18,036 nucleotides of DNA from a bacterium (GTDB lineage Bacteria > Zhuqueibacterota > Zhuqueibacteria > Oceanimicrobiales > Oceanimicrobiaceae). The translations under genes were made by a program, and so were the position numbers. The stretch spans positions 1 through 18,036 of the forward strand of contig JBHIAC010000057.1 of the NCBI GenBank assembly GCA_046758365.1, in the 5' to 3' direction. Shown here in pieces: positions 7,281 to 15,808 of this stretch; positions within the stretch are counted from its first letter, which is position 1; each line of letters starts with the position of its first letter. Under the pieces are notes generated by a model that worked only from the letters and a program-made list of their open reading frames with translations, was not told the origin of the DNA and searched no databases.

Positions 7281-9008
7281 ATGAGATCGTGGCGAAAACC
7301 GATAATATTATTAGTGCTCGGACTCTTCCTTTTGCCGCTGCCCTCGGATGGACAAGACTCAAAATTCCGGACACGTGTTCTTTTCGACCGAAGAGTGCCG
7401 ATGCGCGATGGTGTGGAACTTTCCGCCGATGTTTATTTACCCAAAGAGGAAGGCAAATATCCTGTTATTCTAATCCGGACGCCTTATCAAAAAAATGGTG
7501 CTGGACCGTTGAGACGAGCTCGCTATTTCACGGCTCGCGGGTTTGCCGTGGTGTATATGGATGTCCGCGGGCGTGGTGATTCAGAAGGTAAGTTCATCCC
7601 TTACCGGAACGACGGACTCGATGGTTATGACTCGATTGAATGGTGTGCTACACAACCGTGGTCCAATGGCAACATCGGCATGATGGGCGGTTCCTATTTG
7701 GCACGCATCCAATGGCTGGCTGCGGTACAAAATCCACCACACCTCCGCGCCATAGCCCCTTCGGTTACTCCTTCTGATCCGTTTGTAGAGTGGCCTACGG
7801 GACAACCTATTCCCATGCATATCAGTTGGCTTCATTATACCAGCGGTCATGTTAACCAAAATGTCGAGGCGGTAGATTGGATGCAAGTGTACCAGCACCT
7901 TCCTCTCCTGACTATGGATGAAGTGATTAGTCGAAGTTTACCCTTTTGGCGTGAGGAAGTCCGACATGCTGGGTTGAGCGCATGGTACGAACCTATTCGC
8001 TACCAAAATAAATACCATCAGGTTGAAGTGCCCGCATTCAACGTCTCCGGCTGGTATGATGATGAACAGGTGGGTACCCCGCTGAATTTTATGGGCATGA
8101 CGCAGCATGGCAAAACCGAAGAAGCTCGCCGTGGACAAAAGTTGCTCATGGGACCGTGGCCTCACCGCATCAATCGCAACACTAAAATTGGAGATGTGGA
8201 CTTCGGCCCGGAAGCAGTAATAAACCTCGATAGTCTTTATATGCGCTGGTTTGATTATTGGCTTAAAGGGAAGCAAAATAGCCTTCTGGATGAACCACCG
8301 GTCCGCATTTTCGTGATGGGCGTCAATCAATGGCGCTATGAGCACGAATGGCCGCTGGCTCGTACCCAATGGACTAAATATTATTTCCGCAGCCAGGGCA
8401 AGGCAAACACGCGTATGGGTGACGGAATGCTCTCAATCAAACCAGCAGGCCTGGAACCCACAGACACCTATCGATACGATCCGTCCGCTCCCGTGCCTTT
8501 TCTCACAGATCCTTCTTTTGCACAGATTGGCAGTACCGAAGATTACCGGGAGGTTGAAGAGCGCCGGGATGTTTTAGTTTATACCTCTTCTCCCGTAGAA
8601 AAAGATGTGGAGGTTACAGGTCCAATTAAGGTACATCTCTACGCAGCATCCTCGGCCAAAGATACGGACTTCATGGCCAAACTGCTCGATGTCTGGCCGG
8701 ATGGCTATGCTCAACGTTTGTGTGACGGTATGGTACGCGCTCGCTTTCGTAATGGCATGGAACGTCAGGAGTTGATTGAACCAGGAAAAATTTACCATTA
8801 CCTCATCGATTGCTGGAATACCAGTCAAGTGTTCAAAAAGGGCCATCGAATTCGCGTGGAAATTTCCTCCAGCGCATTCCCAAAGTACGACCGGAATTTG
8901 AACACCGGAGAAGATTTAGGAATTTCTGGCAATATGCAGGTAGTCACGCAATCCATTTATCACGATAAAGAACATCCTTCTCATATTGTGCTGCCGGTGA
9001 TTCCTTAG
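7281..9008 (+). CDS. CocE/NonD-family serine hydrolase (peptidase S15-like), exported
   Basis: GGAGG RBS at 7271-7275 precedes the ATG at 7281, which begins a signal-peptide-like sequence (MRSWRKPIILLVLGLFLLPLPSDG). Motifs are VPMRDGVELSAD, RTPY, DVRGRGDSEG, GGSYLA (nucleophile), GWYD and GPWPH. Confidence 0.92.
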   Translation: MRSWRKPIILLVLGLFLLPLPSDGQDSKFRTRVLFDRRVPMRDGVELSADVYLPKEEGKYPVILIRTPYQKNGAGPLRRARYFTARGFAVVYMDVRGRGDSEGKFIPYRNDGLDGYDSIEWCATQPWSNGNIGMMGGSYLARIQWLAAVQNPPHLRAIAPSVTPSDPFVEWPTGQPIPMHISWLHYTSGHVNQNVEAVDWMQVYQHLPLLTMDEVISRSLPFWREEVRHAGLSAWYEPIRYQNKYHQVEVPAFNVSGWYDDEQVGTPLNFMGMTQHGKTEEARRGQKLLMGPWPHRINRNTKIGDVDFGPEAVINLDSLYMRWFDYWLKGKQNSLLDEPPVRIFVMGVNQWRYEHEWPLARTQWTKYYFRSQGKANTRMGDGMLSIKPAGLEPTDTYRYDPSAPVPFLTDPSFAQIGSTEDYREVEERRDVLVYTSSPVEKDVEVTGPIKVHLYAASSAKDTDFMAKLLDVWPDGYAQRLCDGMVRARFRNGMERQELIEPGKIYHYLIDCWNTSQVFKKGHRIRVEISSSAFPKYDRNLNTGEDLGISGNMQVVTQSIYHDKEHPSHIVLPVIP

Positions 9009-9112
9009 GAAGGCGTAGCGCAACAATATCGGACGAAAAAAGGATTAGACAGGATGGAACAGGAATTTCAGGATTTTGTTATTTAAATGATTGTGCAAAC
9101 AAAGGAGGGAAC

Positions 9113-10600
9113 ATGATTTACGTTTGGGCTGTCGCCATATACGCTGCTTTCCTGATTGTGGTGAGTGTTACCCGCAGCCAACGGATTAAGACCCAGGATG
9201 ACTTTATGGTTGCGGGACGGAAGGTTTCAACCGTGTTTTTAGTCGGGACTTTGGTCTGTACCTGGATTGGTTCTGGAAGTTTGTTTGGAGGCGCCGGTCG
9301 GGCGTTTCGCGAGGGCTTCTCTGCTCTCTGGATGAGTGCGGGTGCCTGGGTAGGATTGGCAGTGGTTTATTTTCTTGCCCATCGAGTGCGGCGCATTGCC
9401 GAATACACGGTTCCGGATATTTTGGAGAAGCGCTATAACCAATGGGCACGACTTTTTGGTTCCATAGCCGTGATCATTGCCTACTTGACAATTGCCAGCT
9501 ACCAGTTTGATGGCGGTGGAAGACTGCTTAACATTTTAACCGGAATGGACCCATTGTACGGCAAATTAATTACCTGTGGTTTGGTTGTGATTTTTACTAT
9601 GGCCGCTGGAATGATGTCCATCGTTGCCATGGACATTTTTAACGGAACCATGATGATTTTAGGTATTTTTATAGCCTTGCCTCTGATTTTTAAGTCCGCT
9701 GGCGGTTGGCAACAAATCACTACCAATCTTTCAGCCGATCATTTCACCGCCTTTGGCCGTCCAGGCATTTTACCGGCCATTGGACTCTTTATGCCGACCT
9801 TTTTTCTTTTACTCGGTGAAAGCAGCATGTACCAGAAGTTCTTTTCAGCAAAAAATGAGAAGGCAGCCCGCAATGCTGTCGTAGGAATGATTATAGGTGT
9901 GGTTTTAATTGAAGTGGCCCTGGATACAGTAGCAATTTTTGGCGGTAGTATTTACGCCCAAGATCCCGCCTATGTAAATCAAGACGGTACTTTTGTCAAA
10001 GCGATGACTGAAACCATTATCATTAAACTGGCTGCTTTTAACCTTCCCATGATAGCCGGGGTTGTGCTTTTGTGCTCGGCAGTGGCGATTATTTTCTCCA
10101 CGGCTAACACCTTTCTTATGATCCCATCGACAAACATAACCAGAGACATCTATCAAAGATTTATCAATCCTGATGCCAGCCAGAAAACCATTGTCTGGTT
10201 TCAACGCAGCATGATTGTGGTCCTGGCGGCCATGGCGTTTGTGGTGTCTTCATTTTTTGAGACCATTCTGGACATGGCCCTGTACGCTTACACCATGGTC
10301 GGTGCTGCGGTTACTCCTGCCCTGCTGGCAGCATTTCTCTGGAAACGGGTTACGGTGCAGGGAGGCGTGGCTTCGGTAGCCGCGGGTATGATCATGACGG
10401 CCATTTTTGGCTTTTTGAATTCCGTGGGGGTTATAGATTTGGAATATGACTATATTATCTATCCCGCGGGTTTTGCTTCAATAATGGCTCTGATTGTTGT
10501 AAGCCTCATGACTACCCCGTCTCCGGAAGAGAAATGGCGTCCGTTCTGGGCAGAAGCAGCACCTACGCCGGAAAGCACAAAGTCTGTGCCAACAAAGTAA
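9113..10600 (+). CDS. Sodium:solute symporter (SSS family, PutP/PanF-like)
   Basis: DDFMVAGR, TWIGSGS, TVPDILEKRY, YQKFFSAKNEK and AIIFSTA...RDIYQRFINP motifs; about 13 TM segments; GGAGG RBS. Confidence 0.92.
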   Translation: MIYVWAVAIYAAFLIVVSVTRSQRIKTQDDFMVAGRKVSTVFLVGTLVCTWIGSGSLFGGAGRAFREGFSALWMSAGAWVGLAVVYFLAHRVRRIAEYTVPDILEKRYNQWARLFGSIAVIIAYLTIASYQFDGGGRLLNILTGMDPLYGKLITCGLVVIFTMAAGMMSIVAMDIFNGTMMILGIFIALPLIFKSAGGWQQITTNLSADHFTAFGRPGILPAIGLFMPTFFLLLGESSMYQKFFSAKNEKAARNAVVGMIIGVVLIEVALDTVAIFGGSIYAQDPAYVNQDGTFVKAMTETIIIKLAAFNLPMIAGVVLLCSAVAIIFSTANTFLMIPSTNITRDIYQRFINPDASQKTIVWFQRSMIVVLAAMAFVVSSFFETILDMALYAYTMVGAAVTPALLAAFLWKRVTVQGGVASVAAGMIMTAIFGFLNSVGVIDLEYDYIIYPAGFASIMALIVVSLMTTPSPEEKWRPFWAEAAPTPESTKSVPTK

Positions 10601-10621
10601 ATCGGTTTGCACCTAATAAAC

Positions 10622-10678
10622 GAAATCCCCAACTCAATTAATTTATTGACCTAAGCATTCAATTGAGTTGGGGATTTC
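10622..10678. terminator. Strong bidirectional intrinsic terminator between convergent units
   Basis: Perfect 18-bp inverted repeat GAAATCCCCAACTCAATT / AATTGAGTTGGGGATTTC with T-rich tracts on both sides. Confidence 0.8.
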
Positions 10679-10693
10679 CTGAACTTTATTTTT

Positions 10694-10750
10694 TTATTCA
10701 CCAGGTCCATCTCTTGGATCAGCGATTTGGTCTTGTTTGTACTCTTGCAT
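10694..10750 (-). CDS. Unannotated 18-aa peptide MQEYKQDQIADPRDGPGE downstream of the TPR-CHAT gene
   Basis: The minus strand reads AAGGAGGT-cact-ATG CAA GAG TAC AAA CAA GAC CAA ATC GCT GAT CCA AGA GAT GGA CCT GGT GAA TAA. The ORF lies immediately before the terminator. Confidence 0.65.
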   Translation of the reverse strand: MQEYKQDQIADPRDGPGE

Positions 10751-10845
10751 AGTGACCTCCTTTTTGAAAAGATGAATTAAATCCATAGTTTATCATCTAA
10801 TGAAAAACTTGACTCAAAATCTAAGCTTCTTTTTATATGAAAAGC

Positions 10846-13800
10846 TTAATAATATGCACCTGTAAGAGATACCGCTGCCCAAAAATAGGGATGGGGTCTA
10901 TTATAAAGTTTATTATGTGACAACCGGTCAATCATTTTGAGCTGTGAAAGGCGCAAAGCCTCTGCTTTGTTTAAATTCCCCTTGAACCAAATATCGAAAA
11001 AGTCAACAGTTAATTGTTTAGCGAATTTGTCCTCTACTTTCCAAAGATTGGCTATAACAGTATTGGCACCAGCGATCATAAAAGCTCGCTGCATACTTAC
11101 TAAACCTTCACCTCGGTAAAGCTTACCGTAAGCACTTTCACAAGCCGACAGATACACCAAATCCGTGGAGTCGAATTCCAATTGATGGATTTCATAGAGC
11201 TTTAGAAGCCCATCATCCTGAAAATCAGCTACAGTGTTCATATCATTAATCAAAGTCAGAGAGGATTGATAGGGTCGCCTTTCATCTATTTTACCATGAG
11301 TTGAGAAAAGGATTACATGGTATTGATTTAGTAATTTTTCTCTTAAAGCTCTTTCCGTGGCATAGGTTCCTATAAGAGTATCACAATTCGGATGCCTGGT
11401 GGCTACGATTCTGGCCTCTTCGATTGCACCAGTTAACTTTAATTGCGGGGCCACGGCCAAAAGCTTTTTGGTTTTAGAAGTAGCGTTGTCTTCTTGAGTC
11501 TTTTTTTCCATGATGAAGTGCCAAATGGCTGCACTTGGGATGGTCGCAATCGTAAAATCTTCTATCAGAAATCTATTTTGAGAATCAATTATCGCTGCAA
11601 AAGGAAAATAATGCAAAGTTTCATCCGGGACAAAGTACAAATACTTAACATCCGTGATATATTTTTCAATGGGTGAGATTAGATAGTCAAAAAAGCTCTT
11701 GCCAAGATCCACTGTTTTGTCAAAAGATTTCTGTAATTGTTGACGGGTTTTTACTTGTTCGGGAACTGTATTCTCTCGAAATTCGATAACCAATTGGTCT
11801 ACTTCATTACGACTTATTGGGACTTTTTCCACATAAAATTCGTTCCTCTTGATCAACCAGATGACAAGTAAACTGTCTGTAAGCTCATATTCGAGCAAGG
11901 CAGTTTCATCATTCAATAGAGCTTGTAACAAATCGAGGTTAAGTGAATTTGCATGAGGAGTTTTTCTTAGGTTAACTCGGAATCCGGCTGACACAAAAGT
12001 TGGTGTTGGTACAATTTGAGAAGAGCCTAACAAGAGATTTTTAAAGGCTTGGGCTCGTTCGCGTTCCGAGTATAAAAAAGCCGTTTTAGCGTCTCCCTTC
12101 GAAAGCTGTAGAAGAACCATTTCTTCAAAAATTGGTTGAATTTTTTCCGCATAATTTGACCGATGCTGCTCGCTATAAAGACTGTCGGCCACGTTCTCAA
12201 TAAGTGCAATGGCATTTTGGAACCGAGCCTCGGCAGTTTTGATCTCATTTAGCGCTTCATAAATGCGTCCCATACCGAAATAGAGATTTGAATTCTGGAT
12301 TGGTAAGGGAAATTGTTGAGCAATTTCCAACGCACACTGAAATGTTGACAATCCTTCTTCGAACTGCTGTAATCTACGATAGGTCTCACCGATTAAGTAG
12401 AGCGCTTCTAGTTGATCCAGAACCACTTCAATTTTCTTTAAGCTTTCTAAAGCATATTGGAATGTTTTTAAAGCTTTATTATATTCGCCGATTCGGAGCT
12501 GAAGTTTTCCAATATTTAAAAAGTGCCGAGCAGTGAGTAAGCCAAAATCAGTTTCTGCAAGCTGGTTCAATGCGCTTGCAGCGTACACCTCTGCTTTTTC
12601 GTAATCCTTCTTTTCGGCATAGACCTCAGTAAGATTAATCAAGGCTTCTGCAATAGTGTGTGGCGTACCATCGATCTCCATTAAATTAAGAGCTTTTGAA
12701 TAATTTTCTACAGCTTCATCAAAGTTACCCAACTCAAAATAGAGATCCCCCAAATTGGTAAAAGCAATGGCTTCATTGGGCGGGTCGAACAGTTCCTTTG
12801 CAATTTCAATACTTTTTAAATAATGCTGTTCTGCAGCACTGTATTGCCCCATTTCAAATTTAATCAGGCCTATACCAAGTAAATAACGAATCCGTGCTAA
12901 AGATTGGGGACGTTCCTTTTCCAACTCAAGAAACATATCATAATCGCGCAAAGCCTGCTCAAACTCACCTAAATGTCTGTGGACAACGCCCATGCGCTCA
13001 AATATGGCTGCCTTGGCTTTTGGATAGTTGAACCAGTCAAAAATGGTTTTAGCCGCTTCAAATTGAGCTAAGGCGTCTCTAAATCGTCCTTTGTCAATTA
13101 AAATATTACCATTTTGAAAATATGTCCAGCCTACTCTGAATTTGTAACCTAACTCCTCTGCCGAGTGTGAAGTGTATTGGCCAATGGCTAACCCAATGTT
13201 TGTCAGACTTTTTACATAGTGTAGAAATTGTAGACGATAAAGAAAGTCAAGTTCCCTCTTCTTGTCTTTTAGCTTTTTAGCTAATTTGAGCCCTGTTCCT
13301 AAATACTTTTCAACCTCTTTTGGATTTCGATATATTAACTCGGAAGTTTTTTGATAACACAATTCTAACTTTAACTTATTCTCGAGATTGGACTTTTCCA
13401 GGTTTTGGTTAAAGTCTAATTCCGATTTAAGAAAACGATGTTGTAATGAATAATCAAAAATGTTGGCGATCCACTGAGAGACTTCTAATAATGTTTGAAC
13501 GCGGTCTGTTTGGTCTGGATAAAAATGTTTTAAATAGACAACTTGATTATTAAGCCTGAAAAATAGCTTGTAAAGGAGGATTTTATTATTTTCAACAAAG
13601 AAGGCCTTATCCTCAGAAGCTCCATGACTTTTGAGTTTAACGATTTTTTCAATTAGAATTGAATCTCCAGGAAGAATAAATGTATTATCTGAAAGACTAG
13701 CATTAAGGATTAATTCTTCATCACTACTAAGCCCTCTATTTTTGTAAAAACTTATAACTTTGCGAAGTTGTTTTTCGAAATCAGCTTCTGAAAGATCCAT

Positions 13801-13911
13801 TGAGGCAAAGATCGTTTCAATTTTTCCTAATGAGATTGGTCTGGAAAACCAGTCAATGACAAAAATGATTATAATACAGCCTACTAAGGCAATCGCAATC
13901 TTCTTAACCAT
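10846..13911 (-). CDS. TPR-repeat CHAT-domain (caspase-like, clan CD) protease with an N-terminal signal/anchor helix
   Basis: N-terminal MVKKIAIALVGCIIIIFVI and multiple TPRs. CHAT motifs are FVPDETLHYFPFAA, LFSTHG (His872), VYLSACES (Cys924), GEGLVSMQRAFMIAGA, NLWKVED and HPYFWAA. Confidence 0.92.
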   Translation of the reverse strand: MVKKIAIALVGCIIIIFVIDWFSRPISLGKIETIFASMDLSEADFEKQLRKVISFYKNRGLSSDEELILNASLSDNTFILPGDSILIEKIVKLKSHGASEDKAFFVENNKILLYKLFFRLNNQVVYLKHFYPDQTDRVQTLLEVSQWIANIFDYSLQHRFLKSELDFNQNLEKSNLENKLKLELCYQKTSELIYRNPKEVEKYLGTGLKLAKKLKDKKRELDFLYRLQFLHYVKSLTNIGLAIGQYTSHSAEELGYKFRVGWTYFQNGNILIDKGRFRDALAQFEAAKTIFDWFNYPKAKAAIFERMGVVHRHLGEFEQALRDYDMFLELEKERPQSLARIRYLLGIGLIKFEMGQYSAAEQHYLKSIEIAKELFDPPNEAIAFTNLGDLYFELGNFDEAVENYSKALNLMEIDGTPHTIAEALINLTEVYAEKKDYEKAEVYAASALNQLAETDFGLLTARHFLNIGKLQLRIGEYNKALKTFQYALESLKKIEVVLDQLEALYLIGETYRRLQQFEEGLSTFQCALEIAQQFPLPIQNSNLYFGMGRIYEALNEIKTAEARFQNAIALIENVADSLYSEQHRSNYAEKIQPIFEEMVLLQLSKGDAKTAFLYSERERAQAFKNLLLGSSQIVPTPTFVSAGFRVNLRKTPHANSLNLDLLQALLNDETALLEYELTDSLLVIWLIKRNEFYVEKVPISRNEVDQLVIEFRENTVPEQVKTRQQLQKSFDKTVDLGKSFFDYLISPIEKYITDVKYLYFVPDETLHYFPFAAIIDSQNRFLIEDFTIATIPSAAIWHFIMEKKTQEDNATSKTKKLLAVAPQLKLTGAIEEARIVATRHPNCDTLIGTYATERALREKLLNQYHVILFSTHGKIDERRPYQSSLTLINDMNTVADFQDDGLLKLYEIHQLEFDSTDLVYLSACESAYGKLYRGEGLVSMQRAFMIAGANTVIANLWKVEDKFAKQLTVDFFDIWFKGNLNKAEALRLSQLKMIDRLSHNKLYNRPHPYFWAAVSLTGAYY

Positions 13912-13954
13912 AAAAAAGGGTTGGCTGATTTCTTAGGTCGGAGTGTTTGATTAT

Positions 13955-13982
13955 ATAATAAAAAAACTGGTTTAAAATGCAA
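13955..13982 (-). promoter_or_regulatory. Putative sigma70 promoter of the TPR-CHAT gene
   Basis: Minus strand TTGCAT, 16-nt spacer, TATTAT, with an overlapping TATAAT at 13955-13950. Confidence 0.45.
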
Positions 13983-14030
13983 GTGCTATTTTTAAATTTT
14001 TGTAAAAACTCAGTCTTTGTTAGGCTGCCA

Positions 14031-14059
14031 CTCGCTCCCAAGTTAAACTTGGGAACGAG
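14031..14059. repeat. REP-like palindrome or terminator between the TPR and TPR-CHAT genes
   Basis: CTCGCTCCCAAGT-TAA-ACTTGGGAACGAG has 13-bp arms with one mismatch. Confidence 0.6.
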
Positions 14060-14099
14060 GATGTGGGAAACGCCAGTGTAACTGAGATCCTACAATTTT

Positions 14100-15047
14100 T
14101 TAATTCATGCGATCTGCGTCATGTTTTACTCTTTTTAATTGTGGGCTTAATTCTAAAATATTAGTATTTATGTCGTAGGCCATTCTATGAAAAAGTTTGG
14201 AATAACACTCTCGGTACAAATCACCCAGGCTTGAGTAAGCGGCTGCTTTGTTAGCAGGATAGTTAACCCAGTTAGCAATTTGTAAAGCTTCTTTAAAATA
14301 GATTTCGGAGTTTTGACACAACTTCTCTTTTTTATTATTGTTGGTTTCATCAAGCGCACGATCGTAGTAAACAAGCCCCAATCCGATAAGTCGTCGAACT
14401 TTATTTTTAATACTATCCGAATCTTGAGTGTTTCCATTGTTTTCAATCTCTTCCGAACGCTTATAATAATCTTCGGCTAAATTCCATTCTTTGAGTTTTC
14501 TGGACACAAGTCCCAGGCGCTCGTATATTGTCATCTCCGCATTTTTATTGCTCATTTTTATAGCCAATTCTTTAGCTTGCTCGTACTCTTCCTTTGCGTT
14601 ATTGAATTCTTCCAAGTCCAGCCAAATGTTGCCGTTATGAAAATGAGTCCACGCTTTTCTATTGTCGTAGTCTTCAGTATTCAAAACAATATAATTGCCC
14701 AAACTCATAGCAACATGTGGAAACTCAAAGATTTCATACAAAACGTATTGTGCTTTTGAGAGAAAATCTAGTTTAAATTTGAGGCTGTTAATTTTTTCAG
14801 CTATGGCAATACCGATACCAATATTCTTTAAGGCTTGGTCTCTGTCATACAAAATACTATTTTGAACCTGTTCATAGCATAACTTGAGGTAATCTTCATT
14901 CATTTTTTCAGCAGGCGGCTGGCCTTTACCTATGTAAGATTTAAAATATTCTTTTGTAAGGTTTAAGGCCCCCTCTTGTTCACCGAGATAGTCTTTTGTT
15001 TCTCTAAGCTCCGATTCCAATTTTTTGAGTTTGTTTAAAGAATTCAT
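14100..15047 (-). CDS. Soluble TPR protein, paralog of the N-terminal TPR region of the adjacent CHAT protease
   Basis: GGAGG RBS and TPR helices. Colinear matches to the CHAT protein: LCY, LDFL, WTxFxNGNI, ERxGxVxRxLxE, RxLxGxGL and LGDLY. Confidence 0.85.
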   Translation of the reverse strand: MNSLNKLKKLESELRETKDYLGEQEGALNLTKEYFKSYIGKGQPPAEKMNEDYLKLCYEQVQNSILYDRDQALKNIGIGIAIAEKINSLKFKLDFLSKAQYVLYEIFEFPHVAMSLGNYIVLNTEDYDNRKAWTHFHNGNIWLDLEEFNNAKEEYEQAKELAIKMSNKNAEMTIYERLGLVSRKLKEWNLAEDYYKRSEEIENNGNTQDSDSIKNKVRRLIGLGLVYYDRALDETNNNKKEKLCQNSEIYFKEALQIANWVNYPANKAAAYSSLGDLYRECYSKLFHRMAYDINTNILELSPQLKRVKHDADRMN

Positions 15048-15196
15048 TTTTCTCCCCTCCTAATTTTTTGGAACTATTACTTTTTTCTAATATATAGGAC
15101 AAAAAATATTCATAAGAACTCCCAAAAAATTCAGAGTATGTTAGAAATCAGAATTTTGATTCTAATTTATTATTTTTTAAAGTCGATATTTATAAT

Positions 15197-15224
15197 ATTC
15201 TACAAAATATTCTAAAAATTGCAA
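15197..15224 (-). promoter_or_regulatory. Putative sigma70 promoter of the TPR gene, overlapped by the direct repeat AATATTCTA x2
   Basis: Minus strand TTGCAA, 16-nt spacer, TAGAAT. AATATTCTA occurs at 15194-15202 and 15206-15214. Confidence 0.35.
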
Positions 15225-15601
15225 GTAAAATTTTCAAAGCTTTTCATCGGTATGCAGCACAAATTATAAATTAATGTAGGTCAATGTAATTCTCATTATT
15301 GTTTTTATGCTAAATTGGTGCTTGGAACATAATATAATTATTTTTAGTTTTGGTTTACAACGATAAATTAGGGTGTTCATATTTGTACAATTGTGAATTT
15401 CTTAATACATCCTGGGCGCTAATAATGTCAAATGTAAGTTGTATAGTATTTTGTAAAATAAGAAGATAAGAAATCATGGTCATTCGCAAGAATATGGGGC
15501 ACTACTTCTGGTATATTTTTTGCTGAAATTTTTAAGTAAATTATCAAGTTATTAACTTAATAGAGAAGGTCAAAAACTCCAACAGATTTGTGGAGGCCAT
15601 C

Positions 15602-15808
15602 ATGGATATTAAGAAATTTAACCAGTCAGATTACATGTCCCTGCAGTTAATGGAAATCGAGAACTTTCGAATGACATTATCGCAACAGAGTCAGGAACAG
15701 ATAACCTTCCAGGAGGCCGTTTTACTTTGGATTACGGAAGGATACGCGGAGGAGTTCAGAACCGGATATTTATTAAAAAGAGAAACAACCGAACCTGCAT
15801 TGGCATAA
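15602..15808 (+). CDS. Small helical protein, DUF4032-like (68 aa)
   Basis: GGAGG RBS at 15592-15596 precedes the ATG at 15602. The pattern EI...LS......I.FQEAVLLWI...A..FR resembles DUF4032-type proteins (recalled, not searched). Confidence 0.6.
   Translation: MDIKKFNQSDYMSLQLMEIENFRMTLSQQSQEQITFQEAVLLWITEGYAEEFRTGYLLKRETTEPALA

Noticed and set aside
13876..13887. Lipobox LVGC in the CHAT N-terminus
   Set aside because: The Cys is at position 12 and is followed by more hydrophobic residues, so a TM or signal helix is more likely.
10846..15047. CRISPR-associated (type III-E/Craspase) context for the TPR-CHAT protein
   Set aside because: No CRISPR array or cas genes are present in the window.
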